Assembly (NCBI GenBank): GCA_964019425.1
Contig: OZ025804.1
Location: forward strand, 558,001-622,000
Length of the DNA: 64,000 nucleotides
Reading direction: 5' to 3'
From: Flectonema sp. DT1601
Lineage: Eukaryota
Below the pieces are notes generated by a model. That model was not told the DNA's origin, did not search any database, and saw only the letters and a list, made by a program, of their open reading frames with translations. Shown here piece after piece: positions 31,501 to 42,178 of this stretch; position 1 is the stretch's first letter, and every line of letters starts with the position of its first letter. A program made the translations under genes and the position numbers.

Positions 31501-32721
31501 TTTTTCCAATTTACTTGCACTTAATCCAGTCGGCGGAGGTTTACTTGTGTCAACTCTCAACGATGCTTCATTTTGTAGAGCAGTTTCTTTTTGAGTTTTC
31601 AACTGCTTCCTGAGTTGATGAACCTGTGTTCGAAGGCCCGTAATGCGTTGAATTTGACCAACGCTTTGCTGCTTTATAGTAGACATTGTAGTCAAGAGAT
31701 CCTCAACATGATTATCAATTTCCGTAGCCGTACCGCAATTGGAATTACCTGTTGAATCCAGTGGTGAATAATTTGGAACAGGTGATTTCCTAAACAGGGA
31801 AACACGTCTCAAAAACGACTTTCTTTTATGTGGGATGGCTGGTAACCCAGCGAGAGGTTGAGAGATATCTGTTTGGAAGAGAGACGCTGCTCGTTTAAAT
31901 CGACGTTTTGTCACATCGGAATGGTTTAATTCATCCACGCTCTCCAATAACGGCTGATGTCCAGGCGTTTTCGTTACCTTAAGCGCTTTCATTACCACAG
32001 CAACCTTTGAATGAAGTTTCGAAAAATGATCATGTTTGATCTGTTCCTGCTCGTCATCTGAGTGGGGTCTGGTGTATCGCTCAAGCTCCCGTTGTGTCTG
32101 GTGCAGTTCCTTTTGAGTCTCTAGCAGTGGTTTACACATGTTCAATGCTGCTAAATGATTAGAGGATGATTCCAGTTCAGGTTCAGGGATAGGATCGTGT
32201 TGAGTCATCTGTTGCTTTTCCAATTCAGAGAGTCGGTAGTTTGCTATCCACCGAGTGATTTTTATCCAAATCTTAAACGGTTCTACCTCCGATAAATACT
32301 TTACCTGCCACGAAACAAGCCGACAGGTATTCCGCAGCTCCTGCAGCGACTTCGCCATCGACGGAAGAGAAGTTCTTAATGCCGACACCTGATTTTTAAG
32401 TTCCAAGATCTTCGCCTCCGATTCAAACGATGTTTTCGTCGCTGTTTGTCTCAATAGCTGTTGCAGGTCGTGAACAAGATGCTCTCCCACCGGATTCTTC
32501 CTGATTTTTGTCGAGAACTTCTTTATAGCTGCCTCCCTGTCTTCGGAATCACAACAACATATTTCCCTTACAACTTTGAGAGTGCTGTTGAAATGGGCAT
32601 CGTGGAGCTCCTTCACAATATCTGCGACAGCTGACTGTGGCTCCCCAGACTCAATCCGCGGAAGGGGGGGATCGATGGATGAGAAACCAACCTGATGTGA
32701 CTTTGAACGAACTTTCCTCAT
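28534..32721 (-). CDS. Large coiled-coil protein of unknown function
   Basis: 1395-aa uninterrupted ORF, heptad-rich, with repeated RC.AAE motifs. Confidence 0.8.
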   Translation of the reverse strand: MRKVRSKSHQVGFSSIDPPLPRIESGEPQSAVADIVKELHDAHFNSTLKVVREICCCDSEDREAAIKKFSTKIRKNPVGEHLVHDLQQLLRQTATKTSFESEAKILELKNQVSALRTSLPSMAKSLQELRNTCRLVSWQVKYLSEVEPFKIWIKITRWIANYRLSELEKQQMTQHDPIPEPELESSSNHLAALNMCKPLLETQKELHQTQRELERYTRPHSDDEQEQIKHDHFSKLHSKVAVVMKALKVTKTPGHQPLLESVDELNHSDVTKRRFKRAASLFQTDISQPLAGLPAIPHKRKSFLRRVSLFRKSPVPNYSPLDSTGNSNCGTATEIDNHVEDLLTTMSTIKQQSVGQIQRITGLRTQVHQLRKQLKTQKETALQNEASLRVDTSKPPPTGLSASKLEKRLFAALAELASLREELLQERDLNSAGKKISAENVSLKSEVEKLSLDLQREKSHLLSLSSRFAEQQGRLDRVTSDRLEVQDQSEHLERIIDSLENRNNLLVAEIASAQKRSAEHRSAADDAASKIFDLQEKLIEGFPTPLPYSEDYHNEIHRLKRIILVAEDDGKVQATHNSMLQDRLHAADLERKKLSAAVLSVKKSLSESEHRAENADDLVQALKNELQAKTLHYQHSQESLKKTEGKYRDLVRKIGGADAANYIEKLEEATARQISSTRGMLAEAEKDNKQLSSKNTELMEAVERLTRKADDQCRFNENQKEEVSQGKKQLSLLERRVSELTFNAITNTTSPSSLMNVNTSIANTPIEEPSLLPNVPVNPSSLSLPPAKSREMTSLIQDLMSRCREAEQQLAEKDAHLVHNPIPNSSEMADLLSDMLARCEAAEEKYESLVKRGSPTSLSNRVMELEAVLGGSDSVVNYSYDATILLSRLHESEIKNYPPSDLLERCHAAEQHVARLEVAVSDNGGLSDQKTLQRRREVAQMLRSFQRRCHAAETTIQKLVPESEQRRQNYLQSTTVIDELNISIRSLEEKIADRDLELADQGSLVTSQHSQLLGNKCKVSSLELLLQYQTVQFSVFCDQFVPATFNGIFSCQPLKVIYPTPAEAVCDNKNPELTSQTLSCGVAAAVTLVVVCRVREELCFELFIKHQQRSNSIFDVLVTSPRVSKTAGINFMTTMTVAASSNENNKPESLDIVPILNSTVALNGKSDCYDSHCINQRSKLKDRLTIALCRVHELELLLSIATDMSKQGKLLGQFSVIEKDGFLLTAPPPSPEVENSKRILLKELEMVSQGATLSTAKFNKIPIPETQSGRYCNSVIVTCVGAVVSYCVNLKIESQLSKCKPSSVVDKSRACSPPVIVRYPDLKLSGTSPYPPPIPWSLDSQVTNNLVCSGCGSNMWKPVDTSLSLPPWFSWESGKVSSVSGITGTSLEAISSKNI

Positions 32722-33105
32722 ATTTAAAATAACATCTGATTCGTGAAATAATAATTAGCTCGTAGTATGTTAAACATAACACTGAAGTCGGAATCACAAC
32801 ATTCTATTACTGAAGAATGGCGAAAGTATTTTTGAAGATAATGTAGTGATGGGTAAATATCCGCGTAGAGCAAAATAGAATAAAGAATCTTGTTAGCGAC
32901 ACCGCTGGTTAACATCATTCGATAATCATTGACGACAGTCAAGTAACTCCACCAATTTCACCTGTCTCTTTGTTGACCTGCTGTTAGTGTATCTCCCTCC
33001 ATCAGGGCTGCCCACCCATTTCTTTCATAAGTTCTTCGAACTGGGAGATGACAGCTTTCTCTTGAATAGTTAGTGTTACAGGAAACTGGCTGATTTTAAT
33101 GAATA

Positions 33106-33352
33106 ATTTCGGTATTTCGGGTGACAAGTAAAGTGGGTTCCCAGGCACGGAATTGCATTTTTTGGGTACCACACACTCCTTGGCACAGCAGTCAAAATGT
33201 GTGTGTTGAAAAACACAGAGTTTTCAAACTGACAGTGAGTAAAGTAGAATCCAGGACCCCGGAATTGAGTTTTTTATCCACAATGTGGCCCGAAAAAGTG
33301 CTTGGATTGACATTTAGGAGCCGTCAGATACCCGTGGCCCAAAACGGTTCTC
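33106..33352. mobile_element. Solo, diverged right end of the Sola-like family
   Basis: Shares cacggaattgcattttttg and ccgtcagatacccgtggcccaaaa..gttctc with the right TIR at 4951-5110. No partner end was found. Confidence 0.75.
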
Positions 33353-33599
33353 ATCTTAAATAAAACAGAAAATGGCAATGGCACGAAACCGCGAACCGAC
33401 TTAACCATAAAGCTAAAGGACCTTAAAGTCTCAGTCAGTGTTGACGTATCACATCCCAGTTGCTGTACCCAACTGGCATCGACCGATCTGATATGAGTGG
33501 CTCAGGAAATGATACATGGATTCATCAAGTTCTGAATTCTTGTGTGCTCAATTCTTTTTTCCTTTTGCTTTGCTTTGAATGTAATAATGTTGGATGAGA

Positions 33600-34224
33600 T
33601 AGACAGAATGGAGGGACATCGATGAAAAAGCAGAAGAACTCCGAGCCTTCATCATCGAAGTCAAAACTTCTTCAAAGCCAGTGGATCATCTCGATAACCG
33701 AAACAACAAGGTTTATCAGATGTGTAGTGACCACTTTGAAGTAATAAAAAAACAAAGGGAAGTTGAAATCGAGAGAGGAGTTTATCTTGGACAAAGAAAA
33801 ACGCCAATGTAGACATGAAACACCTGAGAAGGGATGGAACTTCGTCTACAGGGCCCTTCACACACACACGCCGTGAAGGGTAAGGAAGCCAGGAAAAGGA
33901 TGAGATGGATCTTCTATTCTTGTATGAAAGAATTGCGGATAAGGACACATTCATGAAAGCAGGTTGCATTCCGCCATGACCCAAACAATGCAATTAAAGA
34001 AGAACTCTGCAAGGATGATCCTGATCCTCAACCTCTCGATATACCGGCAACTTCACAGCCTTAAGCCCTGATCAGGTACGTCTGGGGAAGAGATCGGTCC
34101 GCTGCACATCGCGACATATGCGTGTAGAGCAAGGACAGGAGCTGTCACCACAATGTAACAAGACAGACATCAGCCACCACCGATCCCCATGTGTGACTTG
34201 TGCGGCCAACATAACCAACAATAA
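33600..34224 (+). pseudogene. Degenerate Fanzor1 (TnpB-like RuvC nuclease), C-terminal half
   Basis: Colinear motifs across frameshifts: VKTSS...YLGQRK (33660-33800), DGTSSTG (33833), SCMKEL (33918), RQLHSLK (34045), YVWGRDRSAA (34077) and LHIATYACRARTG (34102). The order matches Fanzor1 KT...Y..Q[RK] / GDG / C...L / H.L.C / W.RD..AA.NI...G. Confidence 0.55.
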
Positions 34225-34331
34225 ACACAACAACATAGGTTTGCACCTTTGCCTCTTTGTTTCTTTCTCGCTGCTAGCCGTCAAGCACACATTGGGATAG
34301 AATGAGATGGATATGCTGGAGTAAAGCGATG

Positions 34332-34443
34332 GGAAATTCTCTTATTCACGCTAAGATGCACTCTGAACTTTGATTTTTTGATCTGAGTGTGAGGGAATGT
34401 CCTGTTAATGCATTGGGCATAAGCTGTGCAGCAGTGTATGCCC
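34332..34443 (+). ncRNA. Candidate structured RNA (possible Fanzor omega-RNA scaffold)
   Basis: Lies ~110 bp after the Fanzor-like remnant. Long stem ATTCTC..TCACGCT.AGAT / ATCT.AGTGTGA.GGGAAT followed by a GGGCATA/TATGCCC hairpin. Copies at 37277, 41121, 46897(-) and 48256(-). Confidence 0.35.
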
Positions 34444-34640
34444 TAATTTTTTATTTGTAATCTTTCACTACAATCACTCCTGCCTATATCTTTTCTTTTA
34501 ATTCTCTATCTGTTCTGGTGTGTTACTTCATTTGTCTTGTTTAACTTTGGTTATATCCATTTTACTTTTTATTGTTTCCCATCTACTTTTTATTTTCTAT
34601 TAGTTCTGGTCAGAAACTCCTGGGCAGCAAGAAGGAAAGA

Positions 34641-34775
34641 TTTTTCACTTTGCTACACGAAAATTCACGAAAATTCACGATTTTTCACGATTTTTCACTT
34701 AATTTTTTGCTGCTTTTTGGTAGTGAAATCCTGTGAAAATGTGTGAAAATGTGTGAATTCTAGTGAAAAAAGTGA
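34641..34775. repeat. Inverted cluster of TTCAC(G) / (T)GTGAA short repeats
   Basis: cacgaaaattcacgaaaattcacgatttttcacgatttttcac ... gtgaaatcctgtgaaaatgtgtgaaaatgtgtgaattctagtgaaaaaagtg. Confidence 0.8.
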
Positions 34776-34789
34776 GTGATATCCAGATG

Positions 34790-35970
34790 GTACCGTTGGT
34801 GCTGGTGTGCTGTGCGATGTCAAACCTGTTCAGTTTGCCATACGTCATGTCACTTTGACAACTAAATGGGCATCGCTTGTGCCCAGTGACCCATCACCCT
34901 TCCTGACCATCGCTTGTGGTGAGGTTCCGGACTTTGGACCGGCGCATCTGGGTTTAATCACTGAGGGGCTCATTCTCGTTCAGACTGTTCTGTTCTGTGG
35001 TGTCTTTCCATTACTCCTCCCATCTCTGCCAGGAGACAGCCTGACAACCTATATTGATATTGCTTGAGAGACAATGAGAGGTAATTCATTGGGGTAGAAA
35101 CAAGTGAGTGTAATCATTGGGTTCCAAGCTGATGATAATTTTTTTGGTTAAATAAATAAAAAATCCAAAGAGCAACTGTTGTCATTGCTCAACCTTGGGA
35201 TTCTTGCGTGCCGGTTCTGCAGCCTTCTTTTTCTTCGCCTCTGCAGCCTTCTTCCTGGCTGCATCCCTTGCTTCCTCCTTCGCCTTCTTGGCAGCCGCCT
35301 TCTCCTTTCGTGCCTCCTCTTTTCGCTGAGCAGTTTTTTCTTGTGCAACTTTCCTGGCAGCAGCATTTTCTGCTGCTTTCGCTGCTTTCGCTTGGGTCAG
35401 TGTGGCGGACTGCTGGGGCACCGGGAGGGAGAGGGGGTCACGCAACTTTAGCTTGGTGGGGAGCTCCAGCGCAAAGCATTCAACAACAGAGAAAATGAAT
35501 GCCCCGCGCTGGGACTTGGTTGGGGGGTTAGGTAGGGATGGTGCGTCCACCGGGATGATGCTGGCATCAGGCTTGGTGAGCATGGGGTCATCGGGGACAT
35601 CGCTCTTCAGCTTAGAGACCTGAATGTGGTTCACATGGGAGAGGGCGTGGTTGACCTGCCTATTGACTTCCAGCAGGCGGGCGTGGTGAGGGGAGACTGT
35701 GTCACCGCAATAGCAGCAACGAAAAATACCCTTTCCCCCCAAGGGTTCCAACATGTAGAACCATCTACCTGGAAGCTCGGTATCGAGCAATGCAAAAATC
35801 TTTCCCAATAATCGAGGTGACAGTGGCCTGATCTTCCGGCCTGGCTGTCCTGAACTTTCTGCCGGTTAATCTTTTTGAAATGTTCTGTTGTGTTACCCTC
35901 AACAAGAAAACACAATGAAGCAGTTGAACGTTTGTCCTCTAACCAAGACAACGCCCCTGCCAAGGCACCT
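34790..35970 (-). pseudogene. GC-rich degenerate coding fragment, probably transposon-derived (Zn-finger-like motifs, K/A-rich tail)
   Basis: ORF 35182-35808 has CCYC..H..H and an AAKKA-rich tail; a further CPFSC..H fragment lies near 34870. GC is higher than in the host genes. The block is bracketed by a ~157-bp direct repeat (34483-34639 / 36008-36167). Confidence 0.4.
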
Positions 35971-36007
35971 GTAAAATCAACCCCCCTCTCAATGAGTAAG
36001 CAAACGA

Positions 36008-38354
36008 CTATATCTTTTCTTTTAATTCTCTATCTGTTCTGGTGTGTTACTTCATTTGTCTTGTTTAACTTTGGTTATATCCATTTTACTTTTTATTGTT
36101 TCCCATCTACTTTTTATTTTCTATTAGTTCTGGTCAGAAACTCCTGGGAATGCAGCAAGAAGGAAAGCAGTTAAGTACTTCTGGGTGTTTGGCATCACCC
36201 CCCATAGTGAGCAAGTACAACAGGTAGCATTGGTAGTCTGTTGATCCTGAGTGATCCCAGCTACAGTTTTGTTTTTCTTTCTTTTTTTTAGAAGAAGATC
36301 AGGACATCCAAGCACTGCTGGATAGTTGCTGAATGCAGGGCCTGCCTGTGGCATGAGTTGAGTTTACCAGGTGAGATTTGGACTGTTAGCTTTTGGCTAA
36401 GGCCCTCCCTGAAGAGCAAGAACAAAAAAACTACTCACACCTGAAGAAAACATACACAAAGAACACACTGTAAGCTGTGCGTGTATTTTGTGTTTGTCAC
36501 AACAGGAGAGAAAAGAAAGAATGTCAAGGTTGGTCACCTTGCCTATCAACGCACAACATTGGTGGTCTCTACTAGACCCTGAGTGATCCCACTGGATCTC
36601 TCATCGTTCATAGTACCTATGTGAAGTTATAAAATCAAAGGTAAACTATGAACTACAAATGACTTAGCCTGTTATTATAATGCCACAGGCAGGCCCTGCA
36701 TTCAGCAACTATCCAGCAGTGCTTGGATGTCCTGATCTTCTTCTAAAAAAAAGAAAGAAAAGCAAAACTGTAGCTGGGATCACTCAGGATCAACAGACTA
36801 CCAATGCTACCTGTTGTACTTGCTCACTATGGGGGGTGATGCCAAACACCCAGAAGTACTAAACTACTTTCCTTCTTGCTGCCCAGGAGTTTCTGACCAG
36901 AACTAATAGAAAATAAAAAGTAGATGGGAAACAATAAAAAGTAAAATGGATATAACTGAAGTTAAACAAGACAAATGAAGTAACAGACCAGAACAGAAAG
37001 AGAATTGTAATAGAAGATTACAAATAAGAAAATGCAAGTATCAACACATAATCAAGATACACCAGCAGCTAACAAACAACATAAAATTGAAGATCAGTTG
37101 CCAGAGTATTTCAACCATGGTAGAATACTCGCCCCTCTGGCAGGGATTATCCCAGACTTGTCCTTTAATTTAGTTGGACACCATGGTGTTTCTGCTAAGT
37201 GTTTCTCACTTAGAATTTTATTTTTATGTTCGTTTTCTATCCCTTCTCCTATCCCTTTTGTTCAAAATAAGCGGGAGGAAATTCTCTCATTCACGCCAAG
37301 ATGCACTCTGAACTTTGATTTTTTGATCTGAGTGTGAGGGAATGACCTGTTAGTGCATTGGGCATAGGCTGGGCTGCAGTTTAGATGTCTTAGGTGTTAA
37401 TAGGGGGTTCCTCTTAGCATTTTTCTTTGTTCCCACCTTATGATTTTCTTGAAGAAAAAAAATAGAAGTCATAATGGTGCTTCCCTCTGGAAGGGTTGTA
37501 AGCCATGGCTTAGCAGAAACACTTAGCAGCTTTTAAGGAGCTGAAAAGCCAAAAAAAAATCTAAGTGAGAAACACTTAGTAGAAACAATTTGTAGCTAAT
37601 TAAGCTGAAAATAAAAAAATAAAAAATTTCTAAGTGAGAAATACTTAGCAACTTTTAGAACAAATATTTCAGTAAATAACCTGTAATGATTAAACCATTA
37701 CAAGTTTGATGCCAAAACTGACAAGGACTGAGTTGAATTTCCAGGTGAGATTTGGACTGTTAGCTTTTGGCTAAGGCCCTCCCTGAAGAGCAAGAACAAA
37801 AAAACTACTCACACCTGAAGAAAACATACACAAAGAACACACTGTAAGCTGTGTGTGTATTTTGTGTTTGTCACAACAGGAGAGAAAAGAAAGAATGTCA
37901 AGGTTGGTCACCTTGCCTATCAACGCACAACATTGGTGGTCTCTACTAGACCCTGAGTGATCCCACTGGATCTCTCATCGTTCATAGTACCCTGTGTGAA
38001 GTTATAAAATCAAAGGTAAACTATGAACTACAAATGACTTAGCCTGTTATTATAATGCCACAGGCAGGCCCTGCATTCAGCAACTATCCAGCAGTGCTAG
38101 GATGTCCTGATCTTCTTCTAAAAAAAAGAAAGAAAAACAAAACTGTAGCTGGGATCACTCAGGATCAACAGACTACCAATGCTACCTGTTGTACTTGCTC
38201 ACTATGGGGGGTGATGCCAAACACCCAGAAGTGCTAAACTGCTTTCCTTCTTGCTGCCCAGGAGTTTCTGACCAGAACTAATAGAAAATAAAAAGTAGAT
38301 GGGAAACAATAAAAAGTAAAATGGATATAACTGAAGTTAAACAAGACAAATGAA
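36008..38354. repeat. 1.36-kb repeat family B, rearranged copies in both orientations
   Basis: Same sequence as the tandem copies at 45633-48310, with orientation switches at ~36355, ~37187 and ~37509. Confidence 0.9.
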
Positions 38355-38756
38355 GAATTTCGATAAAGTGGGAAGTAACGGACTGGGAGCTTTTGGCTCC
38401 TGCCCTATTCCCGATGTAAACTTTCTTTTTTTTTTTTTTTTTTTTTTAACAGGCCCAAAGGGCGACAATGATGGTTGCTGACCAAGGAATAATATTCAAA
38501 TGAATTTTCGTTTCAAAGAAACGAACAGAATTAAGAGAGAGGCAGAGAAAAAAAAAAAAGAAAGAAAAGAAAAAAAAAATATGAAGAGGAAATAATCAAA
38601 CATGAAAAAATAAAAAAAAAAAAAAAAATAAAATATAAATAAAAAACGTTGTATGAAAAAGGAAAAAAAAGAAAAAAAAGAAAAAAAGACCAGAAAAGGA
38701 AAGAGAAAATGAAAAGGTATAATATTATTGTGGGGATATGAGGATAGCAGGGAAAT

Positions 38757-38788
<32 letters not shown>

Positions 38789-38810
38789 ATTTATTATTTA
38801 AAAAAAAGGA
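38355..38810 (+). repeat. Leader module C (hairpin, ~165 bp) plus purine-rich module D, heading satellite blocks
   Basis: gaatttcgataaagtgggaagtaacggactgggagcttttggctcctgccc... recurs at 44530, 49197, 52243, 55112 and 58762, and inverted ending at 48508 and 62629. Confidence 0.92.
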
Positions 38811-40632
38811 AACAATCAGTTTAGCGTCTCGATCAGGACGGAAAATAGAAAGTGATCGACATAGTCGATCGATAAAAAAAACAATGATAACATTGTTTAT
38901 TCTTTTTTTTTTATTTATTTTAAATTCTTTTTATTTATTTTTTAAAGAAAAAAAAAAACGGAAAATAGAAATTAGTCGACAAAGTCGAACGATAAAAAAA
39001 AACAATGATAACATTGTTTATTCTTTTTTTTTGTATTTTTTTTATTCTTTTTATTAATTTTGAAAAAAAAAAAAAACAATCAGTTTAGCGTCTTGACCAG
39101 GACGGAAAATAGAAAGTGATCGACATAGTCGATCGATAAAAAAACAATGATAACATTGTTTATTCTTTTTTTTTGTATTTTTTTTATTCTTTTTATTAAT
39201 TTTGAAAAAAAAAAAAAAAACAATCAGTTTAGCGTCTTGACCAGGACGGAAAATAGAAAGTGATCGACATAGTCGATCGATAAAAAAACAATGATAACAT
39301 TGTTTATTCTTTTTTTTTTTTTTTTAAATTCTTTTTATTTATTTTTTTTTTTTTTTAAAGAAAAAAATGGAAAATAGAAATTAGTCGACAAAGTCGAACG
39401 ATAAAAAAAACAATGATAACATTGTTTATTCTATTTTTTTATTTTATTTTTTCTATTCATTTTTATTGATTTTGAAGAAGAAAAAAAAACAATCAGTTTA
39501 GCGTCTTGACCAGGACGGAAAATAGAAAGTGATCGACATAGTCGATCGATAAAAAAACAATGATAACATTGTTTATTCTTTTTTTTTATTTTAAATTCTT
39601 TTTATTTATTTTTTAAAGAAAAAAACGGAAAATAGAAATTAGTCGACAAAGTCGAACGATAAAAAAAAACAATGATAACATTGTTTATTCTTTTTTTTTG
39701 TATTTTTTTTTATATTCTTTTTTATTAATTTTGAAAAAAAAAAACAATGATAATATTGTTTATTCTTTTTTTTTATTTTAAATTCTTTTTATTTATTTTT
39801 AAAGAAAAAAAAATGGAAAATAGAAATTAGTCGACAAAGTCGAACGATAAAAAAAAACAATGATAACATTGTTTATTCTATTTTTAATTTTTTTTTTTGT
39901 ATTCTTTTTTATTAATTTTGAGAAAAAAAAAAAAAAAACAATCAGTTTAGCGTCTTGACCAGGACGGAAAATAGAAAGTAATCGACATAGTCGATCGATA
40001 AAAAAACAATGATAACATTGTTTATTCTTTTTTTTTATTTTAAATTCTTTTTATTTATTTTTTAAAGAAAAAAAACGGAAAATAGAAATTAGTCGACAAA
40101 GTCGAACGATAAAAAAAAAACAATGATAACATTGTTTATTCTTTTTTTTTTATTTTAAATTCTTTTTATTTATTTTTTAAAGAAAAAAAACGGAAAATAG
40201 AAATTAGTCGACAAAGTCGAACGATAAAAAAAACAATGATAACATTGTTTATTCTTTTTTTATTTTTTTTTTATATTCTTTTTTATTAATTTTGAAACAA
40301 AAAACAATCAGTTTAGCGTCTTGACCAGGACGGGAAATAGAAAGTAATCGACATAGTCGATCGATTAAAAAAAAAACAATGATAACATTGTTTATTCTTT
40401 TTTTTTATTTTAAATTCTTTTTATTTATTTTTAAAGAAAAAAAACGGAAAATAGAAATTAGTCGACAAAGTCGAACGATAAAAAAAAACAATGATAACAT
40501 TGTTTATTCTTTTTTTATTTTTTTTTTTATATTCTTTTTTATTAATTTTGAAAAAAGAAACAATCAGTTTAGCGTCTTGACCAGGACGGAAAATAGAAAG
40601 TAATCGACATAGTCGATCGATAAAAAAACGAT

Positions 40633-42178
40633 CCAACCTTGACATTCTTTCTTTTCTCTCCTGTTGTGACAAACACAAAATACACACACAGCTTACAGTG
40701 TGTTCTTTGTGTATGTTTTCTTCAGGTGTGAGTAGTTTTTTTGTTCTTGCTCTTCAGGGAGGGCCTTAGCCAAAAGCTAACAGTCCAAATCTCACCTAGT
40801 AAACTCAACTCAGTCTTTGTCAGTTTTGGCATCAAACCTGTAATGGTTACATTAACTACCATTTCAACAGGTTATTTACTGAAATATTTGTTCTAAAAGT
40901 TGCTAAGTATCTCTCACTTAGAAATTTTTTTATTTTTTTATTTTCAGCTCAATTAGCTACAAAGTGTTTCTACTAAGTGTTTCTCACTTAGATTTTTTTT
41001 TTGCTTTTCAGCTCCTTAAAAGCTGCTAAGTATTTCTGCTAAGTGTTTCTCACTTAGAATCTTATTGTTATGTTCGTTTTCTATCCCTTCTCCTATCCCT
41101 TTTGTTCAAAAAAAGCGGGAGGAAATTCTCTCACTCACGCTAAGATGCACTCTGAACTTTGATTTTTTGATCTGAGTGTGAGGGAATGACCTGTTAGTGC
41201 ATTGGGCATAAGCTGGGCTGCAGTTTAGATGTCTTAGGTGTTAATAAGGGGTTCCTCTTAGCATTTTTCTTTGTTCCCACCTTATGATTTTCTTGAAGAA
41301 AAAAAATAGAAGTCATAATGGTGCTTCCCTCTGGAAGGGTTGTAAGCCATGGTGTCCAACTAAATTAAAGGACAAGTCTGGGATAATCCCTGCCAGAGGG
41401 GCGAGTATTCTACCATGGTTGAAATACTCTGGCAACTGATCTTCAATTTTATGTTGTTTGTTAGCTGCTGGTGTATCTTGATCATGTGTTGATACTTGCA
41501 TTTTTTTATTTGTAATCTTCTATTACAATTCTCTTTCTGTTCTGGTCTGTTACTTCATTTGTCTTGTTTAACTTCAGTTATATCCATTTTACTTTTTATT
41601 GTTTCCCATCTACTTTTTATTTTCTATTAGTTCTGGTCAGAAACTCCTGGGCAGCAAGAAGGAAAGCAGTTTAGCACTTCTGGGTGTTTGGCATCACCCC
41701 CCATAGTGAGCAAGTACAACAGGTAGCATTGGTAGTCTGTTGATCCTGAGTGATCCCAGCTACAGTTTTGTTTTTCTTTCTTTTTTTTAGAAGAAGATCA
41801 GGACATCCTAGCACTGCTGGATAGTTGCTGAATGCAGGGCCTGCCTGTGGCATTATAATAACAGGCTAAGTCATTTGTAGTTCATAGTTTACCTTTGATT
41901 TTATAACTTCACATAGGTACTATGAACGATGAGAGATCCAGTGGGATCACTCAGGGTCTAGTAGAGACCACCAATGTTGTGCGTTGATAGGCAAGGTGAC
42001 CAACCTTGACATTCTTTCTTTTCTCTCCTGTTGTGACAAACACAAAATACACACACAGCTTACAGTGTGTTCTTTGTGTATGTTTTCTTCAGGTGTGAGT
42101 AGTTTTTTTGTTCTTGCTCTTCAGGGAGGGCCTTAGCCAAAAGCTAACAGTCCAAATCTCACCTGGTAAACTCAACTC
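40633..42178 (-). repeat. Repeat family B, inverted, slightly more than one unit
   Basis: Reverse complement of the 45.6-48.3 kb units; the same spurious ORFs appear on the minus strand. Confidence 0.92.

Noticed and set aside
38385..38400. Histone mRNA 3' stem-loop (GGAGCTTTTGGCTCC)
   Set aside because: It does not match the GGYYYTTYNNRRRCC consensus and no histone gene lies upstream.
39085..39110. Hammerhead ribozyme in satellite A (gtc..ggacg gaaa)
   Set aside because: No CUGANGA core precedes the stem on either strand.
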